Assembly (NCBI GenBank): GCA_963786105.1
Contig: CAWAXX010000007.1
Location: 1-64,000 of the forward strand
Length of the DNA stretch: 64,000 nucleotides
Direction of reading: 5' to 3'
Origin: Vulcanimicrobiota bacterium
Lineage (GTDB): Bacteria > Vulcanimicrobiota > Vulcanimicrobiia > Vulcanimicrobiales > Vulcanimicrobiaceae
In this document: piece by piece, positions 17,633 through 27,369 of the stretch
Position numbering within the stretch: position 1 is the first letter of the stretch
How the letters are laid out: each line of letters begins with the position of its first letter
Position numbers and translations under genes: made by a program
Notes under the pieces: generated by a model
The model's database searches: none
What the model was told of the DNA's origin: nothing
Seen by the model: only the letters and a program-made list of their open reading frames with translations

Positions 17633-20600
17633 CGGGCAAGCGGCTCGAGTTTTTGCAGCTCGGAAAAGATGCGATCCTCGCTGAACGGCAGCGCGGTGAA
17701 GCGTACGCCGGTCGCCGCCTTGAGTGCGTTGCCGATGGCCGGCGCAACCGGGTTGATCGTGTTCTCTGCGATCGATTTTGCACCGAGCGGTCCGATGTTG
17801 TCGTAAGTGTCCGCGAAGAAGACTTCGGTTACCGGCGCGTCCGCGAACGCGGGAATCCGATAGTTCCGTAGGGTCGGGTTGACGACCGCGCCGGCCGCGT
17901 TATATACCATCTTCTCCTGCAGCGCCCAGCCGATGCCTTGCACCACCCCGCCGATCACCTGCCCGCGTACCTGATTCGGATTCATCACGACGCCGGTATC
18001 GACCGCTTCGACGTTGTATAAAATGCGAATCTCGCCGGTAATGCGATGAACCGCGAGCCGAACGCCGTACGCCATAAACGCTACCGTTCGCGGCGACCCA
18101 TACGCCTTACGAAAACAAACCAGTTCCTCGCCTTTCCGTTTTGCTGCGGCATGGAGGTCGGCGAGCGGCACGCGCTGGTCGCCACACACGACCGCCTCGT
18201 CATCGAGGCGGCATTCTTTCGTCCCAGTCGTCCGGGCCGCAAACGCGAGGATCTTCTCTCGCAGTGCAACCGCCGCGTTTTCCACCGCTTTCGTCGGCAC
18301 CATCATGCCGACGCTGGCGAAGGTCCCGCTATCGTACGGCGTCTTGTCGGTGTCGGCGTTGAGGAACGAGACGCGCGCCGTCGGGCAGCCCATAATTTGC
18401 GCGACGACTTGCTGCTGCGCGGTTACCAGACCGTTCCCGATTTCGACCGAACCAACCGTAAAATGATAGCCTCCGTCGGACCGGAGCGCCACTTCGGAGC
18501 CAGACCGCTGTTCGGTTGGCGGCACGCAGTCGAGCATCGATAACGCAACGCCGCTGCCTTCGAGCCAGTCCTCGCCCTCGGGGTTGGGGAGCCCGCGGCC
18601 GCTCGCCAGTGCTTTTTCGACGGCATCGACGCATTGATCCAAGCCGTAACTGCCCATCGTGAGATCGGAGGCTCCCTCCAAAACCGATTCCATCTTGTCG
18701 TCCGGTCCGATCATGTTTTTCCTGCGCATTTCGATCGGATCGACGTTCAGGAGCCCGGCGAGTTCGTCGAGCGCGGATTCGACGGCAAACGTCGGCTGGC
18801 CGGTGCCGTATCCGCGGAAGCCGCCGCCGCACTGGAGATTGGTATAGACCGCGTACCCGTCACCCTTTTTGTTCGGACACTTGTAGATCGCCCACGGGCC
18901 GGACATGCCGTTCGCGAGCGTCTCGCCTCCGTGATTGCCATACGCTCCCGTGTTGGACACGAGGCGAAACTGCATCGCAGTGAGCGTCCCGTCTTTTTTT
19001 GCACCAAGCTTAACGTGGATCTTCATTGGATGGCGCGTCGTCGCGCCGGTGAACTGCTCTTCGCGCGTGAATTCCCACTTGACGGGGCGCCCGGTTTTGA
19101 TCGTCGCCAGGAGCGGCAGATCTTCGCTCATCATGTCCTGCTTGCCGCCGAAACCACCGCCGACGCGCTCGGTAAACACGTGCAGGTCGGCCGGCATGAT
19201 TCCGAAAAGGTAGCAGAGCTTACCTTTAACGATGAACGGTCCTTGAACGCTGGTACGAACGTGCAGGCGGCCGTCTTCGCCGCGCCACGCAAACGACTGC
19301 ATCGTTTCGAGGTGGACGTGCTGCTGGCGCGGCGCGTCGTACGTGTCCTCGTATATTGCGTCGGCTTCGGCGAAACCATCGAAAACGCTGCCGACCTCGC
19401 CGTGAAGCTCGAGGAAGATGTTCTTGTCCGGATGGAGGATATGAGAATCGCCGGCGGCGTCGTGCAGCACCGGAGCGCCGGGTTCCATCGCTTCTTCGGG
19501 GTCGAAGACCGCCGGCAGGATCTCGTACTCAACCTTGAGACGCCGGCACCCTTCTTCTGCGGCGCCTTCGGTGTCGGCGACGACTGCGGCGATGCGCTGA
19601 CCGACGAAGCGTGCAACGTTGTCGAGCAAGTAGGTATCGTCGGGATCGACGCGATTGTCTTCGTGAATCGCCGTCGAGTAGAGGCGACGCGGAACGTCTT
19701 CCCAGGTGAACACTTCCACGACGCCCGGCACGCCCATCGCCTCAGAGCGGTCGATCGACAGGATCTTCGCATGGGCGTGCGGCGATCGCAGCACTTTGAG
19801 ATGAAGGAGGCCCTCCATCGGTGGAATGTCGCTCGTGTACCGTGCGTGCCCGGTGACGATCGCTTCGGCGAACGGATTCGGAACGCTCGCGCCATGGGAA
19901 CCGCCGGCGACGTCGGCTGCGACGTTCGTGACGCCGGCGAACGCGTCGCGAATCGAGCCGTAGCCGGTGCAGCGGCAAAGATTGCCTTTGAGCGCCCGCG
20001 GAAGATCGTTCTTCTGCTCGTCGGTTAGCGAGGCTGCGGTCATGATCATTCCGGCAGCGCAGTACCCGCATTGGAAGCTTTGCGCGTTGAGGAAAGCGCG
20101 CTGCATCGGATGGAGCTCCCCATCCTTCGCCAACCCCTCGATCGTGGTTATCTCTTTCCCTTCTGCTCGAAACGCCGGGTACAAGCAGCTGTGGACGGGT
20201 TTTTCGTCAACCCATACGGTGCACGCGCCGCAATCGCCGCCGTCGCAGCCCTTCTTGACTCCGTACCAGCCGAGGTCTCTTAGAAAAACGCGCAGGCACT
20301 CCCCGGGCGCCGGAGTCGCTGCGAAACTTTTCCCGTTGACTCGAAGATTCATGCGCGCCAACTCCCGGCGAATTCGCTCCGCATAGTAGTACGTCAAATG
20401 CCGGCGATGAGCCGGCGATCCGTGCACGTCGTCGAGGTAGAGCGAATCGGGAATGGCGGAGTCGATCGCGTCCCGGAGCTCGCCGGCGGTAGGCGTCGCC
20501 TCGAACGGCAACTGCACCGGCTTGACCGTCGCGGCCGTCACGGTCAAAAGAAAACCGCCGCCGGTTGGCTTGTCCCGCGTACCGACGAGTAGTACCGACG

Positions 20601-21171
20601 AACGTCCGAGATGCGTGAGTTCCGAACGCCGGAATGCGAACGACTTCGTCAACGCGCTCGCCGGGATATGAATGCTTCGCAACAACTCACCTCGCTCGAG
20701 CACGTTGAGGTGGTTTCCGGTCACGAAGTCGGCGGCGCGAATCCGACGCGGTGCTCCAGCACGCGGCCAAAGCGTGTAGGTGGCTTCCAGCGCTACCGTT
20801 AACGAGATCATCGGGCCGGCCGGCAGTGACATCACGACGTTCCCGCCGATCGTCGCTTCGTTCCAAATCTTGAACGACGACAAAAACGCTCGGCAGCATT
20901 CGCCAATGAGCGGCCCGGATTTCCATTCTGCGGGTGCTTCGAACGCGTAGAGCTCGGCAATCTTGCAGGTTGCGGCGATATCCATGCCCTCCGGCCCGCT
21001 CGCGATCGCCGGCCAGCCGAAGGCTTCCAAGTCGATCAGCGTATCGGTGTGGATCTGCGGCTCGGAGAATAGCCACGTTCCGCCGGCAAGCCACGCGTCG
21101 CCGTCGCGCCAATGACGAATGGCGTCGGCCGACTTTGGGCGTTTGATTTCGGTGACGGTGTTGAGGTTCAT
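17623..21171 (-). CDS. Xanthine dehydrogenase/aldehyde oxidase-family molybdoenzyme; FAD module (from 21171) in frame with the 2Fe-2S+Moco module (from 20352)
   Basis: AGGTWL and ATIGGN (FAD); GCDGGDCGAC, QCGYC and CRCTGY (2Fe-2S); GGGFGGK, FRGYG and GAKSIAE (Moco). Confidence 0.9.
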   Translation of the reverse strand: MNLNTVTEIKRPKSADAIRHWRDGDAWLAGGTWLFSEPQIHTDTLIDLEAFGWPAIASGPEGMDIAATCKIAELYAFEAPAEWKSGPLIGECCRAFLSSFKIWNEATIGGNVVMSLPAGPMISLTVALEATYTLWPRAGAPRRIRAADFVTGNHLNVLERGELLRSIHIPASALTKSFAFRRSELTHLGRSSVLLVGTRDKPTGGGFLLTVTAATVKPVQLPFEATPTAGELRDAIDSAIPDSLYLDDVHGSPAHRRHLTYYYAERIRRELARMNLRVNGKSFAATPAPGECLRVFLRDLGWYGVKKGCDGGDCGACTVWVDEKPVHSCLYPAFRAEGKEITTIEGLAKDGELHPMQRAFLNAQSFQCGYCAAGMIMTAASLTDEQKNDLPRALKGNLCRCTGYGSIRDAFAGVTNVAADVAGGSHGASVPNPFAEAIVTGHARYTSDIPPMEGLLHLKVLRSPHAHAKILSIDRSEAMGVPGVVEVFTWEDVPRRLYSTAIHEDNRVDPDDTYLLDNVARFVGQRIAAVVADTEGAAEEGCRRLKVEYEILPAVFDPEEAMEPGAPVLHDAAGDSHILHPDKNIFLELHGEVGSVFDGFAEADAIYEDTYDAPRQQHVHLETMQSFAWRGEDGRLHVRTSVQGPFIVKGKLCYLFGIMPADLHVFTERVGGGFGGKQDMMSEDLPLLATIKTGRPVKWEFTREEQFTGATTRHPMKIHVKLGAKKDGTLTAMQFRLVSNTGAYGNHGGETLANGMSGPWAIYKCPNKKGDGYAVYTNLQCGGGFRGYGTGQPTFAVESALDELAGLLNVDPIEMRRKNMIGPDDKMESVLEGASDLTMGSYGLDQCVDAVEKALASGRGLPNPEGEDWLEGSGVALSMLDCVPPTEQRSGSEVALRSDGGYHFTVGSVEIGNGLVTAQQQVVAQIMGCPTARVSFLNADTDKTPYDSGTFASVGMMVPTKAVENAAVALREKILAFAARTTGTKECRLDDEAVVCGDQRVPLADLHAAAKRKGEELVCFRKAYGSPRTVAFMAYGVRLAVHRITGEIRILYNVEAVDTGVVMNPNQVRGQVIGGVVQGIGWALQEKMVYNAAGAVVNPTLRNYRIPAFADAPVTEVFFADTYDNIGPLGAKSIAENTINPVAPAIGNALKAATGVRFTALPFSEDRIFSELQKLEPLARSS

Positions 21172-21303
21172 ACTGCGGCGCACGAGCGCGGTTCGAGGGC
21201 GAACTCCGGTTTTCCCAGCCTCGGCCGCCGGAAAAGTACCGCGACTCGCCGGAAGGAGAAGATAGGCGAGCGACGGTAGGCTGCCGGTCTCGGAGGGTGA
21301 TCC

Positions 21304-23304
21304 GTGTTGAAGACCGTCGGTGGGAGAATCGTCATCCCACTTTTGATCGCGGTCGCTTACGTCGTCGCGGCGGAGCTCGGATTCACGCTGGCATTTGCCA
21401 CTAAACAAGTGACCGCAGTTTGGCCTCCGACCGGCATCGCGTTAGCCGCATTGCTGATTTGGGGATATCGCGCCTGGCCGGGTATCTGGATCGGGGCGTT
21501 TGTTAGTAACGCACTAAGCGCCGAGCCTCTGTGGGCGGCGGCGACGATCGCGATAGGAAACACGCTCGCCCCGGTTTTCGGAACGTTTCTTCTGCGTCGT
21601 GTCGGCGGTTTCGAGAACTCACTCAATCGCGTGCGCGACGTTCTCTTGCTCGCGCTCTTTGGTTCGGCGATAGCGATGACCGTCTCGGCGACCAACGGCG
21701 TCGTCAACTTAGCGCTCGCGCGAATCATTCCGTGGAGCGCCGTTCCTTCGGTTTGGTGGGTGTGGTGGACGGGCGACGCGATCGGCGTGATATTCGTGAC
21801 TCCTTTGCTGCTGACGTGGATCGCCAGTGTCAAGCAAAGAGAGCGCGCCGAGGGCGGCACGCTCGAACTCATCGTTCTCGCCGTCACGCTAGCATTTTCG
21901 AGCTGGATATCGTTCTTGAGCACGTTCCCACTGCGCTTTTCGGTCTATCCGTTCATTATCTGGGCGGCCCTACGTTTCCGGCAGCGGGAAACGACCGCGG
22001 CAATCGCACTCATCTGCGGTCTAGCCGTGTGGGCGACATCGCACGGCACGGGACCGTGGACGTCCGGCCCGCTGGACGCGCGGCTCATCCAACTCGACAG
22101 CTGGATGGCGGTTCTCGCGATCACGGGACTCGTGCTCGGGGCAATTACCGCCGAGAGGCGCGTTGCGCGCGTCGAGCTGCAGGCTCTGTTGGAGCAGACG
22201 AAACGCTCAGCGGAAATTCTGCAAGGGGCATTCCTTCCCGAGAGCCTCCCACAACGTTTTGGTTTGCGGTGCGATGCGCTATACATCGCGGCGGAACGCG
22301 AAGCCCTGATCGGCGGCGACTGGTACGACGCATTCGACCTGCCCGACGGACGAGTCGTTTTCTCGATCGGCGACGTGACCGGTCACGGACTCGATGCCGC
22401 CGTCACCGCGGCCCGCCTCAGACGGGGAATTTTTGCCGCGGCGTTCGACGCCAAAGACCCCGCCGACATCTTGGTCAAGGCCGACCGCTTGCTGCAATCC
22501 CAGCAAAACGCGCCGGCGACGGCCTTGGTGGCTATCGTCAGCCAAGATTTATCCACGATGAGCTACGCCAGCGCCGGTCATCCGCCGCCAATCGTCGCGA
22601 GCCCGAATATGCGGCCGCGCATTCTAGCCTACGGCGGCATACCGTTCGGGGTGGGCATGCCGGTTGCAACGCGAACGCACGCGGTCGCCCTCGAGCGCGA
22701 TTCCGTGGTTTTGTTTTACACCGACGGGCTAACCGAGTTTAACCGCGACATCGATCGCGCGGAGTCGGCGATTATGCAAGCCGTCGCGCAGCTGGTCGCC
22801 AATCCGCGAATCGAACGCCCGGCAACGTTCGTTCAGCGCAGCGTCATGGGCTCCGAAAGGCCAGCCGACGATACGGTGCTCTTGGTTGCGCGGCTCGGAA
22901 TCGCGCTTCAAAAGTCTTGGAATTACGATTCGAGAAACTCGCACGGCGCCCATTCGCTGCGGCGCGAGATCGCGCGGTTCATTCGATCCTTCGACCCGAC
23001 CGAAGAGGAGCTTTTTCGTGCCGAACTCATCATCGGCGAGGTGCTCGCGAACACCGTCGAGCACGCGCCGGGAGCCGTTCGCGTCGATATCGACTGGACC
23101 GATACCCATCCGATCGTTACCGTCTGCGACGCGGGCCCGGGACTGTCGCAGCGGGCGGCAACCCTGCCGGCCGATGCGTTAAACGAAAACGGTCGAGGGC
23201 TCTTCCTCATCGGATCGTTGGCTTTGGACGTGCAAATCGAAAGCCAACCCGAGATGGGCACCACCATGAGGATCGTTCTGCCGACGGCCCGGCGGCATTC
23301 GTGA
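21304..23304 (+). CDS. MASE1 - PP2C (SpoIIE) phosphatase - HATPase (RsbW-like) sensor
   Basis: WPPTGIALA and WWTGDAIG; GGDWYD, GDVTGHG, YTDGL and DD; EVLANTVEH, DAGPG and GRGL. Confidence 0.9.
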   Translation: MLKTVGGRIVIPLLIAVAYVVAAELGFTLAFATKQVTAVWPPTGIALAALLIWGYRAWPGIWIGAFVSNALSAEPLWAAATIAIGNTLAPVFGTFLLRRVGGFENSLNRVRDVLLLALFGSAIAMTVSATNGVVNLALARIIPWSAVPSVWWVWWTGDAIGVIFVTPLLLTWIASVKQRERAEGGTLELIVLAVTLAFSSWISFLSTFPLRFSVYPFIIWAALRFRQRETTAAIALICGLAVWATSHGTGPWTSGPLDARLIQLDSWMAVLAITGLVLGAITAERRVARVELQALLEQTKRSAEILQGAFLPESLPQRFGLRCDALYIAAEREALIGGDWYDAFDLPDGRVVFSIGDVTGHGLDAAVTAARLRRGIFAAAFDAKDPADILVKADRLLQSQQNAPATALVAIVSQDLSTMSYASAGHPPPIVASPNMRPRILAYGGIPFGVGMPVATRTHAVALERDSVVLFYTDGLTEFNRDIDRAESAIMQAVAQLVANPRIERPATFVQRSVMGSERPADDTVLLVARLGIALQKSWNYDSRNSHGAHSLRREIARFIRSFDPTEEELFRAELIIGEVLANTVEHAPGAVRVDIDWTDTHPIVTVCDAGPGLSQRAATLPADALNENGRGLFLIGSLALDVQIESQPEMGTTMRIVLPTARRHS

Positions 23305-23307
23305 GCG

Positions 23308-23733
23308 CTAGCGGCGGCCGGATGGGGGCGGACAATCGGCGTCGGCTCGTGCTTTCGCCGCTAGGTAGGTGCCGATCTTGTACACGACCGTGACCGACAA
23401 GTCGTAGCCGTTCGATTCGTCGTGGATCGTGTTCGTGCCGAGTTCGAGAGGGCCGGTGAAGCTTTCACCGCTGTGCATGTTCGCGGTGTTTCCTACGGGC
23501 TTGCGGTTGCCGGTCCAACCGTTAAGCACGGCAACGTTGTACGCAACGGGGACCGGTGCGCTTGCGAACACGTAGGTGTGGCAAGGTTGTGCGAGATGCA
23601 CGCCCGGTTTGGGTTCGTTCGGGACGTACCACAACGTCCACTTGGTAGGCTCTTGTTTGGCGGCACAGGCTGCGCAAGCAAAGGTCAAGACACCGGCGAT
23701 GAGAGCCTTCCCGACGAGTCGGCCGAACTTCAT
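23308..23733 (-). CDS. Hypothetical exported protein or lipoprotein
   Basis: Signal peptide with candidate lipobox Cys. Confidence 0.6.
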   Translation of the reverse strand: MKFGRLVGKALIAGVLTFACAACAAKQEPTKWTLWYVPNEPKPGVHLAQPCHTYVFASAPVPVAYNVAVLNGWTGNRKPVGNTANMHSGESFTGPLELGTNTIHDESNGYDLSVTVVYKIGTYLAAKARADADCPPPSGRR

Positions 23734-23848
23734 TGAGCCGGAATCTTACACCCTATGGGAATCAGTCTCCTGGCTATGGCAGCAACAGGAGACGGTCGAC
23801 TGCGCCGTGTTTGGAGGAATTTTCCGGCACCCCAAAAACCGCCTGCCC

Positions 23849-24604
23849 GTGCGATCCACTCGATCGTTCGCCGCACTCGGGGTTGCCGTCTGGCTGCTTG
23901 CGTCGCCGGCTTTAGGCGCTGCAACGGCGCCCTCGGGCGAGGACGTGACGAGCGAACTCCGAGAGGCGGTGCGAACGCTCGCAAGCGAACGCCAAGGCAC
24001 GATGGCGTTTCACCGCCACGTCGATTCGGAACAGCGCGCTCCCGGCCACGACGCTTCGCTCGACGTGCAGTCAGGCTTGTTGCGCGAGGGCGACCGCATT
24101 GTCGCGGTGCGGACATACAGTCAGGTGGCCAATGGAACCGCTGCGAGCGCGGACGAGCTCGCAAAGGCTCAGGCGGACGCCGATAAAAAACTGCCGAACG
24201 ACGACTATTGGCTGCCGCTACGCGAAGACCAGGTTCCCGACTATCGTTTCGAAACCGGGACGTGCAATCCGTGCGATCCCGGAGAGGTTGCCATTCGTTT
24301 CACCAGCCTCAAACGCGACGAGAGCCACGGCAACGGGACGATCGTGGTCGACGTCTCATCGCATCACATCGTGCGCATCGATTTCGTCCCCAGCGCGCTT
24401 CCCAAGTACGTCGATAAGGCAAGCGTCACGATGACGTTCGGCCGCGTCTTACCCGATCTGTGGGACGTCGTAGAAATGCACCAACACTATGCCGGGCACG
24501 TCCTCTTCGTACGCGGCGGCGCGGACATCGCGACCACGCTCACCAACTATCGCCGATTCGCGTCGCGCGATGAAGGGCTGAAGGCGCTTGCGTCGGGAAT
24601 CTGA
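23849..24604 (+). CDS. Hypothetical exported protein
   Basis: Signal peptide ending ALG-A; beta-rich sequence. Confidence 0.65.
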   Translation: MRSTRSFAALGVAVWLLASPALGAATAPSGEDVTSELREAVRTLASERQGTMAFHRHVDSEQRAPGHDASLDVQSGLLREGDRIVAVRTYSQVANGTAASADELAKAQADADKKLPNDDYWLPLREDQVPDYRFETGTCNPCDPGEVAIRFTSLKRDESHGNGTIVVDVSSHHIVRIDFVPSALPKYVDKASVTMTFGRVLPDLWDVVEMHQHYAGHVLFVRGGADIATTLTNYRRFASRDEGLKALASGI

Positions 24605-24849
24605 GCGCGATGCCGCGAGAGGTCGCCGGCGACGTCTCGATAGAGCGCGCGGGTTGCTATGGCAAGCAGTTCGGCAATTCGAAAGAGAGCGTCCCCCGAA
24701 ATCGTGACGCCCTGCCACTTTACGCCCTCGTGACGATGCACCAACGTATACGAGTCGTTGCCGACGTCGTAGATGGCGAACTCGTTGGATTCGGCGACGA
24801 GGCGAGCGTCATCGAGCTTCGCTCGATCGATACTATCGACCAGTTTCAT
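24547..24849 (-). CDS. Small hypothetical protein
   Basis: Protein-like composition; 3' end overlaps the convergent neighbour. Confidence 0.55.
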   Translation of the reverse strand: MKLVDSIDRAKLDDARLVAESNEFAIYDVGNDSYTLVHRHEGVKWQGVTISGDALFRIAELLAIATRALYRDVAGDLSRHRAQIPDASAFSPSSRDANRR

Positions 24850-24894
24850 GACGCGTGGTTTCGGCAAAAGCGTCCGGCAACCCCACGCCGCTCG

Positions 24895-25422
24895 CTAGTT
24901 TGGCGGTGAGGAATCCGGCGACGGCGACGATGGTTGCGCCTGAATTGGGCCGCCATTCCCGCCCGCGCGATGGACGCCCGGCAGGCTACCGATGCCCGAC
25001 GCCGCGCGGATAAGGTTCACATCGTGGATGACGGCACTCAGCAGCGCATTTTCCGACGGGCAGTCCAAGTCGGGCGACGTCCAGCCGTGCCAAGTCGCGC
25101 GCGTCGTCGTGCCGAATGAAGCACTCTTCATACACGGAGAGCCGGTCACGTTTGCGGCCTTGGCGGCCTTGAGATCGGCGAAGAATCGCGCGGTCACGCC
25201 TCCTAAAACCGAAAACGGTTGCGCGGGGCCCGGCGCGGCACCACGACGGTGCGGCGCGATCGTCGCCGTACCGTCCGACCATATCTCGATTCGATAACCG
25301 GCCGTATTCGTCGAGCCGGAGTCTACGATCACCGCACCGTCGCGCGCCGTCGCTGCGCCGGCGTTCACGACCGGCCAAAGTGCGGCAGCAAAAGCGATTC
25401 CGAGCGCGGCGTACCGAAGCAT
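24895..25422 (-). CDS. Hypothetical exported protein
   Basis: Signal peptide; DSGSTNTAGY, CMKSASFGT and SPDLDCP motifs. Confidence 0.7.
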   Translation of the reverse strand: MLRYAALGIAFAAALWPVVNAGAATARDGAVIVDSGSTNTAGYRIEIWSDGTATIAPHRRGAAPGPAQPFSVLGGVTARFFADLKAAKAANVTGSPCMKSASFGTTTRATWHGWTSPDLDCPSENALLSAVIHDVNLIRAASGIGSLPGVHRAGGNGGPIQAQPSSPSPDSSPPN

Positions 25423-25434
25423 TCGAACAACGGC

Positions 25435-26775
25435 CTAAAACGCGCCGAGCCCGTTGGGCGTTCCCAAACCGGTAGGCCCGTCGAAGAATTTCTGCGCGTA
25501 GCAAATGTAATGTATCGACGAAGCACATTGCCCGCTAACCGGCGTGTAGATATTGTTGCCGGTCGTCACGTCGAAAAGTTTGAAGCGGTTCCCCCAGATG
25601 TGCTGCGGCCCAACGATCTTGGCAGCGTTGCCGGCGCGGCCGAAGATGCCGGCGATCAGGGGCGCGGAAACGCTCGTCCCACCGTACGCCTGCCAGCCGC
25701 TAAAATACACGGCCACCGGCGTCAAGACCGATGCTTCGGCGGAGACGTCGGCTTCCGAACGCATCTTGCAACTAGGGTCGGTTTGCCAGGTGGGCTTCTT
25801 TACGTCGATGCTACAGCCGCTTCCCGCCGCGCCGCATGGGCCGCTGCATTGCTGCGACGACAACTCGTTCCAAACGCTCTCCGACCAACCGCGCGAGTTG
25901 TGGGCGTGCACGAGATGAGTACCGCCGGCGCAAACGACCGGAGACAACGCGCACGGTTGCTGCGGACCGCCGCAGTCGCCCAGTCCGCCGCCGTTGTCGC
26001 CGGAGCTGGCGACGTACACGTGGCCGCTCGCTGAAAATGCCGGGTCAGAGGTTTCACCTGGACCGCCGCATTGCTGGTATTCGCTGGCACCGTAGGAGTT
26101 GCTAACGACGAGCGCGCCCAGCTTAACGGCCTCCTTCACCGATGCATAGAGATTCGAGCCACTGTTCGAGTTCGCTTGAACCAACAGGATGTGGCACTTC
26201 GGACAGGTTGCGGAGACCATATCGAGATCGAGCGCCTGCTCCTGGTCCCAGCCGGTGTTCGAGGGAGGCGGCTGCGTACCGCCGGTTTGATTGCGAATCG
26301 TCAGGCAACCGTTCCCCGTCGTACATGCCGGTAAATGGTAGTACGACCGATAGGCCGCGAGATCGCCCGACGCTTTAGGATAGCCGTAGGCATCGACGAT
26401 GGCGACCTTCGTGCCAACGCCCCCTTGAAGCTTGTACGCACTTTGAAGATCGGACGGACCGTACCCGAAGTGCGTCGCATTTTCGCTGTCGGGCTCCGCG
26501 CGAAGGTCGGTGCGTTCGAGTGCGAAGCACTGCATTTCGCCGCTTTTCGCCGTCCGCGGGCAAACCTGGCGAACGGCGTTTGGACCGGCTAATGGAATCT
26601 CACCGTCGTCGCTCATCAAGGGAACTCGCCCGAGGGCCGACTGCAGCGACGCGCCGGATTGCGGCGCGCTGCCCGCGACCTGCGGCACCACACCGCTACC
26701 CATGCCTCCGCCGTGACAAGCTGCCAGCGAGGCGATGGCGAACAAGGCGGTCGCGCGTATGAAGTTATGGCTCAA
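25435..26775 (-). CDS. S53/S8-family serine peptidase, lipoprotein
   Basis: Lipobox LAAC; EQALDLD, SSGDNG and GGTSVSAP. Confidence 0.88.
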   Translation of the reverse strand: MSHNFIRATALFAIASLAACHGGGMGSGVVPQVAGSAPQSGASLQSALGRVPLMSDDGEIPLAGPNAVRQVCPRTAKSGEMQCFALERTDLRAEPDSENATHFGYGPSDLQSAYKLQGGVGTKVAIVDAYGYPKASGDLAAYRSYYHLPACTTGNGCLTIRNQTGGTQPPPSNTGWDQEQALDLDMVSATCPKCHILLVQANSNSGSNLYASVKEAVKLGALVVSNSYGASEYQQCGGPGETSDPAFSASGHVYVASSGDNGGGLGDCGGPQQPCALSPVVCAGGTHLVHAHNSRGWSESVWNELSSQQCSGPCGAAGSGCSIDVKKPTWQTDPSCKMRSEADVSAEASVLTPVAVYFSGWQAYGGTSVSAPLIAGIFGRAGNAAKIVGPQHIWGNRFKLFDVTTGNNIYTPVSGQCASSIHYICYAQKFFDGPTGLGTPNGLGAF

Positions 26776-26832
26776 GGGAACCCTCCAGGTCGTCGAACGG
26801 AATCGGCGTGTCTCTCAAATGGTGAACGCACG

Positions 26833-27369
26833 ATGAGGCGTGTGCGTTCCCGAAATCAGGCTCCCCAGACTTGCCTATCGCCGGCCCAGGCACCTATCCG
26901 CTTACGAATCCCAACCGTATGGGCATGCGACCTCGTGGTTGAGACGGACGGCCAGTCGATCGTTTCGAGCGGGTTCGCGCGGCGACAGACGCAAGCATAC
27001 TCGAAACCTGTCGACGCGCTGCTTGCTGCCGCGGACGAACAGGTGCGGGCATATTTCGCTCGTCGCTTGCGCCGCTTCGACCTTCCGCTCGCTCCGGGCG
27101 GCACGCCGTTTCAGCGCGCCGTTTGGGAGCTCGTCGCCGGTCTCTCATTCGGCGAATTCGTCTCGTACGCCGACGTTGCGCGCGCCATCGGGCGGCCACT
27201 GGCTCACCGTGGCGTCGCGGCAGCGATGGGACTCACGCCAATCGACCTGTTCGTGCCGGCGCATCGCGTCGTCGGCAGCGACGGCCGCGTCAAGGGGGCT
27301 CTGCCCGGATCGATGCGCGCGCGTTTAGTGGCATTCGAACGAAATTTGAAAAGCAAACGGAAGTCATAA
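26833..27369 (+). CDS. Ogt-like alkyltransferase-like (ATL) protein lacking the catalytic Cys
   Basis: GTPFQRAVW and SYADVARAIG; PAHRVV instead of PCHRVV. Start uncertain. Confidence 0.85.
   Translation: MRRVRSRNQAPQTCLSPAQAPIRLRIPTVWACDLVVETDGQSIVSSGFARRQTQAYSKPVDALLAAADEQVRAYFARRLRRFDLPLAPGGTPFQRAVWELVAGLSFGEFVSYADVARAIGRPLAHRGVAAAMGLTPIDLFVPAHRVVGSDGRVKGALPGSMRARLVAFERNLKSKRKS

Noticed and set aside
21172..21408. N-terminal extension of the molybdoenzyme ORF
   Set aside because: It overlaps the divergent MASE1 gene and is not protein-like; ATG 21171 is the plausible start.
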